Origin: Candidatus Dormiibacterota bacterium
Lineage (GTDB): Bacteria > Patescibacteriota > Saccharimonadia > UBA4664 > DATLOE01
Reading direction: 5' to 3'
Length of the DNA: 64,000 bases
NCBI GenBank assembly: GCA_035536395.1
Contig: DATLOE010000006.1
Location: 6,899 to 70,898 of the forward strand
How positions within the stretch are numbered: the first letter of the stretch is position 1; the number at the start of each line of letters is the position of its first letter. Both the position numbers and the translations under genes were made by a program. Of the stretch, positions 1 to 9,927 are shown piece after piece. The notes under the pieces are model-generated. The model ran no database searches, was not told the DNA's origin, and saw only the letters and a list, made by a program, of their open reading frames with translations.

Positions 1-337
1 TTACCTGTGGGCGCACTACACTAGCTAGTTCAATCTTATCGCTGGTGAGCGCCTTAATATCTCGCTTAGCCAGATACTTTAAAAAGCTGCGCAAGGCAAT
101 TAAATGATAATTTTGGGTGCTTTTACTGATAGGCTGGCCCCGATCGTCCTCCAGGCGGTTAAGCCACAGGCGCCACTTACGTACGGTTTCGGCTGAGAGC
201 TTGGCTATGCTGCAGTCACCTGTAAACTCTACCAGGCGCATCAGGTAGTGGTGGTAGTTGGCTACCGTTTTCTGGGAGCGGTTTTGTTCTATCTCTAAAT
301 GCTCTAAGAAATCAGTTATTAGCTCACTAAGCTTCAT
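1..337 (-). CDS. Tyrosine recombinase, XerC/XerD-like. Only the N-terminal core-binding domain is present; the 3' end is truncated by the window edge.
   Basis: Reverse strand from the ATG at 337 translates to MKLSELITDFLEHLEIEQNRSQKTVANYHHYLMRLVEFTGD...KWRLWLNRLEDDRGQ..NYHLIALRSFLKYLAKRDI. This is a typical integrase SAM-like N-terminal domain. The ORF has no stop before position 1. Confidence 0.6.
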   Translation of the reverse strand, partial: MKLSELITDFLEHLEIEQNRSQKTVANYHHYLMRLVEFTGDCSIAKLSAETVRKWRLWLNRLEDDRGQPISKSTQNYHLIALRSFLKYLAKRDIKALTSDKIELASVVRPQV

Positions 338-400
338 ACTGCTTATGGTACACCGGAAGTGCAGTGTCGCACAACGTACGCGTGGTGTACACTTTAGCCT

Positions 401-2236
401 ATGATACGCCGTTATCTGCCGGTTTTGGCTTTGCTTGCACCCATTATCCCTTGGGGGAGCGGGGGTAGAGAGGGATGGGCGGTTGTGGTTAGTGTGTTCG
501 CTATGCTGCTCGGGGCCTTTTTTATCCTCCAGCGCCATTACTTCCGCCCGGCCGGTAAATACTTACTTGCGGCCACAGCCGGTTTAACGGCTTGGGCGGC
601 TGCCTCGTACTTCTGGTCGGTTAATAATTATCAGACTGGCTTGTGGGTTATGTACCTACTTATGGCTATTATTGGCTTTAGCCTGGCCAGGCAGCTGACT
701 GACTGGGAAGCACGCAAATGGATACTGGGCTATTTGGCTACCTCAACAGCCTTTAGCCTATACGGAATTTATCTATACTTAGCCGAAGGGTACGAGCGCT
801 TTACCTCGCTATTTTATTGGGCCAATCCAGCCGCGACCTTTTTAATACCGGCTTTTTTAATAGCTTTTTGGTACTTTCTAGGTTCGCACAAATTGCGATA
901 TGGGGCTTTGAGCACCATATTTTTGACTTCATTACTGCTCACATATTCGCGCGGCGGGTTAGCTGTTTTGGCTCTATTAAGCCTAATTGCCTTAACGTTT
1001 AGCCGGACTGTACGGAAGGGTTGGGTAAAAATCGTGTTCGTTTTAGGAATTTCAATATTGCTGAGTACGGGAGCCACCTATATTAGGCAGCAGATCGGTG
1101 TGCAGCATGTTGATGCCGGCAGCCGGTTTGCAGAAACCGTCAAAGGCGAATCTACCAGCCTCAGCGACAGGGCTAATTACCTAGCCAGCGCGGTTGCCAT
1201 TTGGTCTGATAATCCCTTTTTAGGTACAGGAGCGGGCACCTACGAAACCATCCACCCTCAGTATCAAAAAAGAGTTATTAGCGCTTCAAGCCACGCGCAT
1301 AATGCATATCTGCAAACCCTGGCAGAGTTAGGTATCCTCGGGTTTTTACTGCTACTAGCAGTAAAAGTGGCCTTAATTCTCGGGGTACTTAAGACAGTGT
1401 GGCTGAAGCCAGAGCTAAGAATAGTAGCCCTATCTCTAGTTGGCCTGCTGATTCATTTCGGTTTAGATACAGGTTCTCGGTACCCGGCGCTTATCCTACT
1501 CTTAGCCATTTTGGCGGGCCTTACGTATGCTTCGCCCCGGCCGGTGCGCAAAAACAGCCGTATTTTGCCGATTTCTTTAATTCTAGCGTTAGTTTTGGCT
1601 GTTAGTTTTCAGCAGAGCCAAACCTGGGCCATAAAAGCTGAAACGGCGGCAGAAGAGCGTGATTATATCCGTACCGCGGAACTATACCGCCAGGCACATA
1701 CTGGCCTATTATACGACCCTGACTACTGGACGCAGGAGGGGATATACTACTACACGCTAGCTTCATTTACAGGTAAATCGAAGACCTTTACAACTCTAGC
1801 GCGCGACCGCGCCGAGCAGGCTGTGCGCCTTGATCCAAAGGATGCCCAGCATTATTTTTTGCTGGCCCGTACCGAGAAGCTGGCAGGTAGTATAGAGAAA
1901 GCCGAGAGCCTCTACCGCAAAACTTTAGAGCTTGATCCGTACAATCACCCTCAGTATTACTTTGATCTAGCTAAACTGCAGGCCGCCCGCGGTAAAATAC
2001 CAGAAGCAATCCAAACTGCCGATACGGTTTTACGCTTGTATGACGAGGCGGTCTTGGCTAACCGAGTGCATGATAAAGAGGTACCCCGGACTATTTCGGG
2101 AGTAATGGTGTTTAAGGCCGATCATCTGGCCCGCGCCGGCCACATAAAAGAGGCCCGCTCTCTGGCCGAGAAGGCAATTAAGGTTTATCCGGCCAACGCA
2201 GCAGCAGGGCAGTTAATAAAAGCCTTGCCCGAGTGA
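401..2236 (+). CDS. O-antigen ligase-like (Wzy_C) polytopic membrane protein with a C-terminal TPR region
   Basis: 611 aa ORF with more than 10 predicted TM helices. It contains the motif YSRGGLAVLALLSLIAL typical of O-antigen ligase/Wzy_C. The C-terminal ~200 aa are TPR-like. Confidence 0.6.
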   Translation: MIRRYLPVLALLAPIIPWGSGGREGWAVVVSVFAMLLGAFFILQRHYFRPAGKYLLAATAGLTAWAAASYFWSVNNYQTGLWVMYLLMAIIGFSLARQLTDWEARKWILGYLATSTAFSLYGIYLYLAEGYERFTSLFYWANPAATFLIPAFLIAFWYFLGSHKLRYGALSTIFLTSLLLTYSRGGLAVLALLSLIALTFSRTVRKGWVKIVFVLGISILLSTGATYIRQQIGVQHVDAGSRFAETVKGESTSLSDRANYLASAVAIWSDNPFLGTGAGTYETIHPQYQKRVISASSHAHNAYLQTLAELGILGFLLLLAVKVALILGVLKTVWLKPELRIVALSLVGLLIHFGLDTGSRYPALILLLAILAGLTYASPRPVRKNSRILPISLILALVLAVSFQQSQTWAIKAETAAEERDYIRTAELYRQAHTGLLYDPDYWTQEGIYYYTLASFTGKSKTFTTLARDRAEQAVRLDPKDAQHYFLLARTEKLAGSIEKAESLYRKTLELDPYNHPQYYFDLAKLQAARGKIPEAIQTADTVLRLYDEAVLANRVHDKEVPRTISGVMVFKADHLARAGHIKEARSLAEKAIKVYPANAAAGQLIKALPE

Positions 2237-2274
2237 TTCTAGCGGCATAAGCACTTAATGCGTATAATGATTTC

Positions 2275-3066
2275 ATGCAAATTCTAGAAGCGCTCTTACT
2301 TGGCATCATCCAGGGATTCACAGAATTCATACCGGTATCCAGCTCCGCACACTTACTGATTTTCGGCAAATGGTTAAACTTCGAAGCCAGCACACTGTCT
2401 TTCGACCTTGCCCTGCATATCGGCACACTAGTAGCGCTTTTCTTGTTTTTCCGCGGTGATCTGTACGATCTTGGCATAGGGCTAGTTAAGAAAACCGAGC
2501 ACAGCCGTATGAGCTGGATGATTGTACTTGCCACCATACCGGCAGTAATTGGCGGGGTGCTTTTGCAGTCATATGCCCAGGGCCTATTTAGGTCAGATGC
2601 CTTTACAGTGGTTGTGGCCACTAATTTAATTACTGTAGCTGTAATTATGCTGGCGGCCGAGCGTTTGGGCGCAAAGAAGTATGAGCTAAAAGACACCACC
2701 ATTCCTAAAATCTTAGCGGTTGGTCTGGCGCAAGTACTGGCATTGGTACCGGGGGTGTCGCGCTCGGGCATTACCATAAGCGCGGGGCTGCTAGCCGGCT
2801 TTAACCACGTGGCGGCTACTAGACTGTCTTTCTTGCTTTCGTTTCCGGTTATTTTAGGGGCAGTACTCAAGGTGGTGTTTGAACCAAGCGGACTTACTGA
2901 TATGGCAGCTGCACCTGCGCTGTACATAGCCGGAGCCGTAGGCGCCGCCGTGAGCGGTTACGCGGCTATTAAATTTATGCTAAAGTACCTTGCCACACGT
3001 GGGCTGGGCCTCTTCGCGTATTATCGGATAGCACTTGGAATAATAATTTTACTGGTTGGAGTGTAA
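2275..3066 (+). CDS. uppP: Undecaprenyl-diphosphatase
   Basis: 263 aa. N-terminal ...GFTEFIPVSSSAHL... and the VSRSGITISAGL motif are diagnostic of UppP/BacA. Confidence 0.85.
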   Translation: MQILEALLLGIIQGFTEFIPVSSSAHLLIFGKWLNFEASTLSFDLALHIGTLVALFLFFRGDLYDLGIGLVKKTEHSRMSWMIVLATIPAVIGGVLLQSYAQGLFRSDAFTVVVATNLITVAVIMLAAERLGAKKYELKDTTIPKILAVGLAQVLALVPGVSRSGITISAGLLAGFNHVAATRLSFLLSFPVILGAVLKVVFEPSGLTDMAAAPALYIAGAVGAAVSGYAAIKFMLKYLATRGLGLFAYYRIALGIIILLVGV

Positions 3067-3684
3067 GTGGGAATTACGGAATCTTTAGCGTCTTACGCAA
3101 TAAACTTAATTAACGATCTCGGTTACGGAGGCCTGGCCTTCGGCCTTATTATCGATTCAGCCGGTGTGCCTATTCCTTCCGAGGTATTAATACCGGCAGC
3201 AGCAATTCTAGCTAAAGAGGGCCGGTTTGATGTAGTGGTGATGATGGCTGTGGCGACTCTTGCCCAAACACTGGGCGCAGTGATTGCATACCATATAGGC
3301 CTGCGGCGGGGACTGCCATTTATACGCAAGTATGGCAAATACGTTTTAATTTCTAACAGGGAGCTCAACTTAACCCACCGCTGGTTTGAGCGCTATGGCG
3401 AAGGCTTAACCTTTGTTGGCCGCTGTATGCCGATTATCCGCGGCTACATCGGCTTCGTAGGGGGGATTGCCGAAATGCCGTTTAAGCGCTTTTTGGCGGC
3501 TTCTTTTATAGGATCACTAACCTGGACTATCATTCTGACGGTGTTGGGCTACATGGTAGCCGATAATATGCACCGGATAGAGGAGATAATGCGGCCGTTT
3601 TCGATTGTGATTGCACTCGGCTTGGCTTTTGGCATGGTATATTTCATAATTCATAGAATTCGCAGTAATAAGGAAAAAGCGTGA
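3067..3684 (+). CDS. DedA/SNARE-associated family membrane protein
   Basis: 205 aa. Contains the GRCMPIIRGYIGFVGG motif characteristic of the DedA family. Its start abuts the uppP stop. Confidence 0.7.
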   Translation: MGITESLASYAINLINDLGYGGLAFGLIIDSAGVPIPSEVLIPAAAILAKEGRFDVVVMMAVATLAQTLGAVIAYHIGLRRGLPFIRKYGKYVLISNRELNLTHRWFERYGEGLTFVGRCMPIIRGYIGFVGGIAEMPFKRFLAASFIGSLTWTIILTVLGYMVADNMHRIEEIMRPFSIVIALGLAFGMVYFIIHRIRSNKEKA

Positions 3685-4964
3685 AACAGCGTATTACCAC
3701 CCTCCCTAACGGACTTAGAATTGTCACCTCCCATATGGCCGACGCCCAAAGCGTAACGGTCTCTATTATTGCTGGTGTCGGCAGTCGGTATGAGGACTAT
3801 GAAGTAAATGGCGGTGTATCGCATTTTCTGGAGCACCTACTTTTTAAAGGCACCAAGAAATGGCCGGGAGCTAAGATAATCTCGGAAAAAATCGATGCCG
3901 TTGGCGGCTACAATAACGCCTACACTTCTAACGACATGACTAATTACTTTGTGAAAGTTCCGCACCAGCATGCACCACTGGCCATGGATATTCTAGCCGA
4001 CATGATCAGAAACCCCTTGCTTGATCCAGTTGAGACAGATAGAGAGCGTAACGTTATTTTGGAAGAAATGAATGTATACCGAGATGACCCCAGCCGGTAC
4101 GTCGGCTCCTTGCTGCCGCCGTTGCTGTGGCCAAACCAGCCGCTTGGCCAAGATGTAATCGGCAGCGAAAAGGTGATCCGGGAAATTCCCCACGCGCGCA
4201 TAGTCGGGTACCACAAGCTTCACTACCGTCCTGATAATTTAGTAGTGGCAGCTGCCGGCAAGGTCGATCATGATGCGATAGTGACTCAGGCTAAACAGCT
4301 GCTGGGCGGTCTAAAAAAGTCGACCTTGGCAAAAGCTGCTAGAGCTAAGGACACCCCAGCCGCGGATAAGGTGGGAATTCTAGCTAAAGATACTGCCCAG
4401 ACTCATTTAATAATCGGCACTTACGGCTACAAGTTCTTAGACAGGGATAATCCGGCGGCTCAAATAGTAACGGCTATCCTTGGCCGGGGGATGAGCTCGC
4501 GCCTATTTATTAATGTGCGTGAGCGTAAAGGGCTGGCTTACAGTGTGAATGCCTCGATTCACAGCTTTGCCGACACCGGTGTGTTCGATGTTTATGCCGG
4601 CGTAAATCTAGACAAAACTACATTGGCTATTGAAGCCATAATGAAAGAACTAGAGCTGATTTGCTCCAAGAAGGTTGCGGCAAGGGAGCTTAATAAGGCT
4701 AAAAACCAGCTCAAGGGCGGGCTGCAAATGTCGCTAGAGAGCAATTTTTCCGTGGCCGACCGCCTGGCTACTCAGCTGATTTTGGTTAATAAGATTAAAA
4801 GCGTAGAAAAGATTTTGCAGGAAATAGATGCCGTAACACCAGAAGATGTGCTGCGGGTAGCTCGGAAAATGCTAGATCCCCAGAAGCTGCGCATGGCTAT
4901 TATTACCCCCAACCCTGAGCCGGCCGCTAAAACATTTCGTAAACTAACAGGAGAGCTATCATAA
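3681..4964 (+). CDS. M16 family zinc peptidase (PqqL/insulinase-like)
   Basis: 427 aa. HFLEHLLFKGT is the inverted zinc-binding motif HxxEH of M16 peptidases. The start overlaps the dedA stop. Confidence 0.8.
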   Translation: MKQRITTLPNGLRIVTSHMADAQSVTVSIIAGVGSRYEDYEVNGGVSHFLEHLLFKGTKKWPGAKIISEKIDAVGGYNNAYTSNDMTNYFVKVPHQHAPLAMDILADMIRNPLLDPVETDRERNVILEEMNVYRDDPSRYVGSLLPPLLWPNQPLGQDVIGSEKVIREIPHARIVGYHKLHYRPDNLVVAAAGKVDHDAIVTQAKQLLGGLKKSTLAKAARAKDTPAADKVGILAKDTAQTHLIIGTYGYKFLDRDNPAAQIVTAILGRGMSSRLFINVRERKGLAYSVNASIHSFADTGVFDVYAGVNLDKTTLAIEAIMKELELICSKKVAARELNKAKNQLKGGLQMSLESNFSVADRLATQLILVNKIKSVEKILQEIDAVTPEDVLRVARKMLDPQKLRMAIITPNPEPAAKTFRKLTGELS

Positions 4965-5473
4965 TGGAACGTACTTTAATTGTCTTTAAACCCGATGCCG
5001 TGCAGAGGGGAATTGTAGGGGAGGTACTTTCGCGTTTCGAGAAGGTGGGGCTGAAGATCGCTGGCCTTAAAATGCTCTCGCCCGACCGCGATTACTACTA
5101 CCATCACTACGAAGACATTGGCAAGCTAATCAGTCGCCGGGGCAAGGATACATTTGAAATCACACTGGATATGATGATGGAGGGGCCAGTGGTTGCGGCG
5201 GTACTTGAAGGTATCGAAGCTGTTTCGCTGGTGCGTAAAATGGTCGGACCGACCGAGCCGAAAGACGCCCCGCCCGGGACCATTCGCGGCGATTACGCTC
5301 ATATGAGTTATAAGCACGGGGATGCGGAGCAGATTGGAATCCCTAATATTCTGCATGCTTCGGGAGACGAGAAAGAAGCAGAGGCTGAGATTGCCCATTG
5401 GTTTAGCCAGTCAGAACTGTACGATTACGAGAGCGTGCATCAGAAATTCACTCAGGCTAAAAAGAAGAAGTAG
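4964..5473 (+). CDS. ndk: Nucleoside diphosphate kinase
   Basis: MERTLIVFKPDAVQRGIVGEVLSRFEKVGLKIAGLKM is a typical NDK N-terminus. The C-terminal region is longer than usual. The start overlaps the upstream stop as ATAATG. Confidence 0.8.
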   Translation: MERTLIVFKPDAVQRGIVGEVLSRFEKVGLKIAGLKMLSPDRDYYYHHYEDIGKLISRRGKDTFEITLDMMMEGPVVAAVLEGIEAVSLVRKMVGPTEPKDAPPGTIRGDYAHMSYKHGDAEQIGIPNILHASGDEKEAEAEIAHWFSQSELYDYESVHQKFTQAKKKK

Positions 5474-5503
5474 CTCCTTCTCTGATATAATTTGTTACGT
5501 CCT

Positions 5504-5579
5504 GCCCTCGTAGCTCAGTGGATAGAGCGCCTCCGTCCTAAGGAGGGCGTCGGGAGTTCGAATCTCTCCGAGGGCGCCA
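5504..5579 (+). tRNA. tRNA-Arg (anticodon CCT)
   Basis: A cloverleaf can be drawn. Acceptor GCCCTCG/CGAGGGC, anticodon stem CCTCC/GGAGG with loop containing CCT, T-loop TTCGAAT, and a 3' CCA. Confidence 0.8.
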
Positions 5580-5599
5580 TGAGCTGTCGCTTGAGCTTT
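5562..5599 (+). repeat. Direct repeat copy 1, covering the 3' end of tRNA-Arg plus ~20 nt of downstream flank. Its partner is at 5726-5762.
   Basis: atctctccgagggcgcca + tgagctgtcgcttgagcttt reappears at 5726 with 18/18 identity followed by 16/19 identity. Confidence 0.8.
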
Positions 5600-5725
5600 T
5601 TCGAGCTATAGCTCATGGTTCGGAGAGTGAGAACTCCCGCTGAGTTCGGTGGACGAGGAGCGCAGGAAATAATGAGCTGGCTCAAATTATTTCCGAGCAC
5701 CGCAGGGAGAAGGCTGCAGGCCGCT

Positions 5726-5762
5726 ATCTCTCCGAGGGCGCCATAAGCTATCGCTTGGCTTT
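5726..5762 (+). repeat. Direct repeat copy 2, a partial duplicate of the tRNA-Arg 3' end. It forms an attR-like scar 163 bp downstream of the gene.
   Basis: atctctccgagggcgccataagctatcgcttggcttt. It contains the tRNA T-arm 3' half, acceptor 3' half, discriminator and CCA. Confidence 0.8.
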
Positions 5763-5847
5763 TCCTGTATGACAAATCTTTGCAAACAACACTTCTTATG
5801 CCAGAATGGGTATGTCTGATCTTTGAATTTACAAAGGAGTTGTTGTG

Positions 5848-6147
5848 ATGCTCCGCACGGTAGAACAAGAACAATCACCGACAACCTGTAGCCACGGAAT
5901 TTTGATACGCGGCTCGGGTATGAAGCTGGGCATTTCTAGCATTAACCTGCCCGAAAGAAGGATTTGCGTCTCCTGCGGAAAGACCGAAACGGCCGATGAG
6001 GACGGATTTTTCAAAAACCTGACGGTCGAGCCCGTACGTACGGTCTCGCTGCAAGAACTCACTCACTATCAAGGCGACCATCCAAATGCCGTGCGGCTGC
6101 GAGAAGAAGTGGCAGATGAGGGGCACATAATAAGGGGCGCGGAGTAA
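5848..6147 (+). CDS. Hypothetical small protein with putative zinc-binding residues (C14/H16 ... CxxC)
   Basis: AAGGAG RBS 8 nt upstream of the ATG at 5848 (the ORF track starts at GTG 5845). 99 aa. Followed by an intrinsic terminator. Confidence 0.5.
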   Translation: MLRTVEQEQSPTTCSHGILIRGSGMKLGISSINLPERRICVSCGKTETADEDGFFKNLTVEPVRTVSLQELTHYQGDHPNAVRLREEVADEGHIIRGAE

Positions 6148-6157
6148 TAAGATCGGC

Positions 6158-6190
6158 AAGGCGGGCTATAATAGGCCCGCCTTTTTCATT
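6158..6190 (+). terminator. Rho-independent terminator
   Basis: aaggcgggctataataggcccgcctttttcatt. A GC stem of 8-9 bp is followed by a T-run. Confidence 0.7.
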
Positions 6191-6225
6191 GGCGAAAATC
6201 CTTACGCCTGCATTACAATATAGAT

Positions 6226-6753
6226 ATGGAAAAAAAGTTTGAACCGGAATTTCCCGGCCAACATCAAGATGAAAAGATAGAACTGGTATTTCGTCAGCAC
6301 CCCATTGTACTCAGAAAAGAGCTGATAATAGGGCTGCTTATTATACTAGCCGGTACCGGCCCGCTGTTGCTTTTTCCGCTGTCGGATCTGGCCATGAAGA
6401 TCTTAATAGCCAGCCCCATAATCACCTTGGCCTACTGGTTCTACCATTGGATCGGCTGGCACTATAGTATTAATATTCTCACCGATAGCCGGCTAATATC
6501 CATTAAGCAAAGAGGCTTCTTTAATCGTAAAGTAAGTGAGGTGGGGCTAGATAGGGTGCAATCGATTAATTACCATATTAAAGGCCTGCAGGCAGCTCTG
6601 TTTAAGTTCGGCGATATTACCGTGCAGACTTTTAGTGGGGAGTGGCTAATGAAATCTATTAGCCATCCGGTAGAAACACATACCAAAATGATAGAAGTAG
6701 CCAGAAAAGTCTCCAAGGAGTTTGTACCTACCTCGACAGTGCCCGATAAATAA
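6226..6753 (+). CDS. Membrane protein with bacterial PH (bPH_2/YdbT-like) domain
   Basis: 175 aa. Two N-terminal TM helices are followed by a region resembling bPH_2 domains. Confidence 0.4.
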   Translation: MEKKFEPEFPGQHQDEKIELVFRQHPIVLRKELIIGLLIILAGTGPLLLFPLSDLAMKILIASPIITLAYWFYHWIGWHYSINILTDSRLISIKQRGFFNRKVSEVGLDRVQSINYHIKGLQAALFKFGDITVQTFSGEWLMKSISHPVETHTKMIEVARKVSKEFVPTSTVPDK

Positions 6754-6809
6754 GGTAGATTAAATATTAACGTAACCGCAAACAGCGGCTAATTAAATGG
6801 AGTGGTATA

Positions 6810-7847
6810 TTGAGCGAAGACAGCAAGCGTAAAACCGGCCGGAAATCACCAGCAAAGAAAACATCAGCCAAAAAAACTTCGGCGGTAGCTAGCGCCACGG
6901 TAATGCCTTCGGGTACAGGTCAGAGGCGCCTGACTGACGATAATCGCAGAGCGCTTTTGATTGCAGCTGCTATTATTTCAGCCCTGCTAGCCATATTCTT
7001 AATCGTTTTTGGTGTACTGATTTACAAATATAAGAGTGATAGCCGAGCAGTTCAGCTGGCGGCAGCCATTGTGCCTTACCCGGCCGAAAAGGTGAATGGT
7101 AGTTTTATAACTTATAGTGATTACCTATTTGAAGTTAATTCGATTAAGCACTACTACTTAAGCCAAACCACCCCCGACAATAAGCCAGCTATAGATTTTA
7201 ATACCCCCGAAGGCAAGACACGACTCAAGGAGCTGCAAAAACAGGTACTAGAGCAGCTCAAGAGTGATGCTGTCGTGAGGCAGCTGGCTAATAAGAATAA
7301 GATATCTGTATCTGACAAAGAGGTAAAAGAACAAGTAGACCAAATTACTAAATCTGCCGGCGGGGAAGCTAAGGTAAAAGAAGTGCTGAAGAAATTCTAT
7401 GGTTGGGATACTGGCGACCTGAAGAAAAAGATTCACTTCCAGCTGCTTAAGCAAAAGCTGGCTACAAAGATTAGCAGTGATGAGACTTCTAACGCCCAAG
7501 CCAAGGCCAAGGCTGAAGATGTCTTGAAGCAGGTTAAGGCCGGCACCGACTTTGCCGAGCTGGCTAAGAAACATTCTCAAGATTCAACTGCCGCAAATGG
7601 CGGAGACCTGGGGCTGTTTGGCAAAGGGCAGATGGTGCCTGAATTCGAAAACGCCGCCTTTGCGCTGCAGCCAGGGCAGACCTCTGAGATAGTTAAGACC
7701 AAATTCGGTTATCACATCATTAAGGTGACTGAAAAGAAAGATGACCAAGTGAAGGCCTCTCACATCTTAATTAAAGCCATCGATTTCGATCAGTACCTAA
7801 AGGATGAACTGGCTAAGGCCAAAGTTACCCAATACATCAAAATTTAG
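6810..7847 (+). CDS. Membrane-anchored parvulin-type peptidyl-prolyl isomerase (PrsA/SurA-like)
   Basis: TTG start with a GGAGTGG RBS. Basic N-terminus plus one TM. The C-terminal PpiC domain [21 protein letters not shown]...GYHIIKV is typical of parvulins. Confidence 0.75.
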   Translation: MSEDSKRKTGRKSPAKKTSAKKTSAVASATVMPSGTGQRRLTDDNRRALLIAAAIISALLAIFLIVFGVLIYKYKSDSRAVQLAAAIVPYPAEKVNGSFITYSDYLFEVNSIKHYYLSQTTPDNKPAIDFNTPEGKTRLKELQKQVLEQLKSDAVVRQLANKNKISVSDKEVKEQVDQITKSAGGEAKVKEVLKKFYGWDTGDLKKKIHFQLLKQKLATKISSDETSNAQAKAKAEDVLKQVKAGTDFAELAKKHSQDSTAANGGDLGLFGKGQMVPEFENAAFALQPGQTSEIVKTKFGYHIIKVTEKKDDQVKASHILIKAIDFDQYLKDELAKAKVTQYIKI

Positions 7848-7859
7848 GTAGGGTTTAAT

Positions 7860-9047
7860 ATGTGGCACCTGCCTTCACAGAGTTTTCATCTTTTTAAACT
7901 GACCGACCTACGCGAAATGTACGCGGCGGAAATGATCAAATTCCTCTCGCTAGGCTTGGTCGGTATATTCATTCCTATATACCTCTACACTAAAGGCGTA
8001 CCGCTGACTCTAATTATTGCTTTTTTGCTGTGGTCGACTATTTTACAGATTGGAGCGGCCTGGCTAGGGGGTAGCCTCATACCCAAGTATGGGGTTAAGC
8101 ATCTTTTGGGTGCCTCCTTTATTCTGGCTTTTGCTTATTTACTGGCCCTGGCGGCCTTTAATCAGGTATGGGTATTGTTTGCGGTTATTGCTCCGCTGTA
8201 CGCGGTAGCAGAGAGCTTCCATTCTGTCGCGTATCACTATGAATTCTCTAAGGTTAAAGATGCGGACCATAGCGGCCAGCAGTTGAGTAATGTAACAATC
8301 ATGGTTCATCTAGCCGCGGCCATCGGGCCGTTTTTAGGAGGCGTGATTGGTGCCATTTACGGTTTACAAATGACTCTTTTCGTTTGCCTCGGGCTTATGG
8401 TGCTAGGTATCGGCCCGTTATTTGCCACACGAGATATCAAACCCAGACACAAGCTTGATATGAGTAAAATCAGCTTAATGAAAATAAAGAATGATTTAAT
8501 TAGTTATAGCGGACGAGGCTTGGAGTATGTAGTTACGCTGCTAGTGTGGCCGCTATTTATGTTCCTATTCCTCGGCAGTCTGGTGGAGGTTGGAGCCGTG
8601 ACCACAGTAGCTCTAATGCTCACACTTTTTGCCAGCTACTTTATCGGGCGGCTGACCGATCGGGGCTATAGGGCGCGGCTGATAAGAATCGGCAGCATTA
8701 GTAATGCGATGGCTAATGTAGCCAGGATGCTAGTAACCGGACTAGGCTCAATACTTGCGGTTAATATCTTTAGCGATATCACTCGCGCCATAGTGCGCAT
8801 TGCCTGGGGGGCGCAGTATTATAGCAATGCCGACCGCCACAGTCGTCTGGAATACATCGTGGCGATGGAGCTGGCTGCTTACTCAGGAAGGGTACTGCTG
8901 TTTGCGGCTATGTTGGCTGCTAGCATAGTGGCTTCTGCCAAGGCAATATTCATAGCTGCCTTTGCCGTTACCGCCCTGGGCATGCTTTTGGTAATGAAAA
9001 TTGATCAGAAGGCCAAGCGCACTAAAATCTACGTCGGGCATTATTAA
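7860..9047 (+). CDS. Polytopic membrane transporter (MFS-like)
   Basis: 395 aa with about 12 predicted TM helices. No recognisable catalytic motif. Confidence 0.45.
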   Translation: MWHLPSQSFHLFKLTDLREMYAAEMIKFLSLGLVGIFIPIYLYTKGVPLTLIIAFLLWSTILQIGAAWLGGSLIPKYGVKHLLGASFILAFAYLLALAAFNQVWVLFAVIAPLYAVAESFHSVAYHYEFSKVKDADHSGQQLSNVTIMVHLAAAIGPFLGGVIGAIYGLQMTLFVCLGLMVLGIGPLFATRDIKPRHKLDMSKISLMKIKNDLISYSGRGLEYVVTLLVWPLFMFLFLGSLVEVGAVTTVALMLTLFASYFIGRLTDRGYRARLIRIGSISNAMANVARMLVTGLGSILAVNIFSDITRAIVRIAWGAQYYSNADRHSRLEYIVAMELAAYSGRVLLFAAMLAASIVASAKAIFIAAFAVTALGMLLVMKIDQKAKRTKIYVGHY

Positions 9048-9216
9048 AGGAAAACCCCCGAGTGTCCATACTCAGGGGTTATTGGAGGATACCGTTGGTT
9101 ATTAAGCAATTCTTCGGGTCTTTGATGCCGTGCGCGATTAAAAGCGTAAAAGCATGGCCTAGAGCCTTTTCAAAGGGCATCAGGTATAGCTCCACAGTCT
9201 TCTAAGGGTAAAATTA

Positions 9217-9621
9217 CTAGCTTCTGCCAGTAGTAGGCTTGTCATTATTCAGGTCCGAAGCCAATAACTTGACCAAGCCTTCATCCAGGCAACTCCGTGT
9301 AGCCTCCGCCAGTTCTTCGATAAATTCCTGATTCAGGCGGTAGAAATGCTTTAATGCTCCCCTCCGCGGCTCGATTCTGGTCATCTTGATTAGACCGTTG
9401 TCCGCCAGCCACCGGAAGTGATAACTGATACTGCCTAGCCGCCCCCGCCCCGTAATAGTTGCTGCCACCTCTACCGGGCTCATCTCAGTTAACTTGGTCG
9501 CTTTCATGATCTCTATACGCAGGGGATGCGAAAGGGCTGCTCCCAATAAAACTATCTTTGCTATATCGTCCTCGGAAGTATTAGTCCCGATCTTTGCTAG
9601 CTGTGCGGGGGTCATTTCCAC
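9217..9621 (-). CDS. Winged-helix transcriptional regulator (ArsR/MarR-like)
   Basis: 134 aa. HTH-like region LTEMSPVEVAATITGRGRLGSISYHFRWLADNGLI. Confidence 0.5.
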   Translation of the reverse strand: MEMTPAQLAKIGTNTSEDDIAKIVLLGAALSHPLRIEIMKATKLTEMSPVEVAATITGRGRLGSISYHFRWLADNGLIKMTRIEPRRGALKHFYRLNQEFIEELAEATRSCLDEGLVKLLASDLNNDKPTTGRS

Positions 9622-9758
9622 CCTTCTATATCAGAATTTTCAAGGTAAAGGGTCATTTAAGCTATAAATCAGCTTTTTTGCAAGCATAAGAAAAACCCAG
9701 CATAGCATTATTGTCAGGTAGGTGGCTTTTTGGTAGTATTAATCAGTTAATTTGACGC

Positions 9759-9835
9759 GGGCTCGTGGTGTAGAGGCCTAACACGCCTCCCTGTCACGGA
9801 GGAGATCGCCGGTTCGAATCCGGTCGGGCCCGCCA
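9759..9835 (+). tRNA. tRNA-Asp (anticodon GTC)
   Basis: Acceptor GGGCTCG/CGGGCCC, anticodon loop CTGTCAC, T-loop TTCGAAT, 3' CCA. Followed by the hairpin gaaaagcg...cgcttttc and a T-run. Confidence 0.8.
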
Positions 9836-9927
9836 AGAAAAGCGTATGACTTTGTGTCGTGCGCTTTTCTTGTGTGCCAACACTATTCGGACTGGTGAAG
9901 CCGGGGCGTAAAATAAGCGGAGTGTAA

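Noticed and set aside
2178-2927. 249-aa minus-strand ORF
   Set aside because: Entirely antisense to the well-supported uppP gene, with low-complexity Ser/Thr/Ala composition. It is a GC-frame artifact.
5515-6159. Several minus-strand ORFs (5515-5874, 5687-5884, 5829-6062, 5875-6159)
   Set aside because: They run antisense through tRNA-Arg, the repeat spacer and the RBS-supported small gene at 5848-6147. No RBS or terminators support them.
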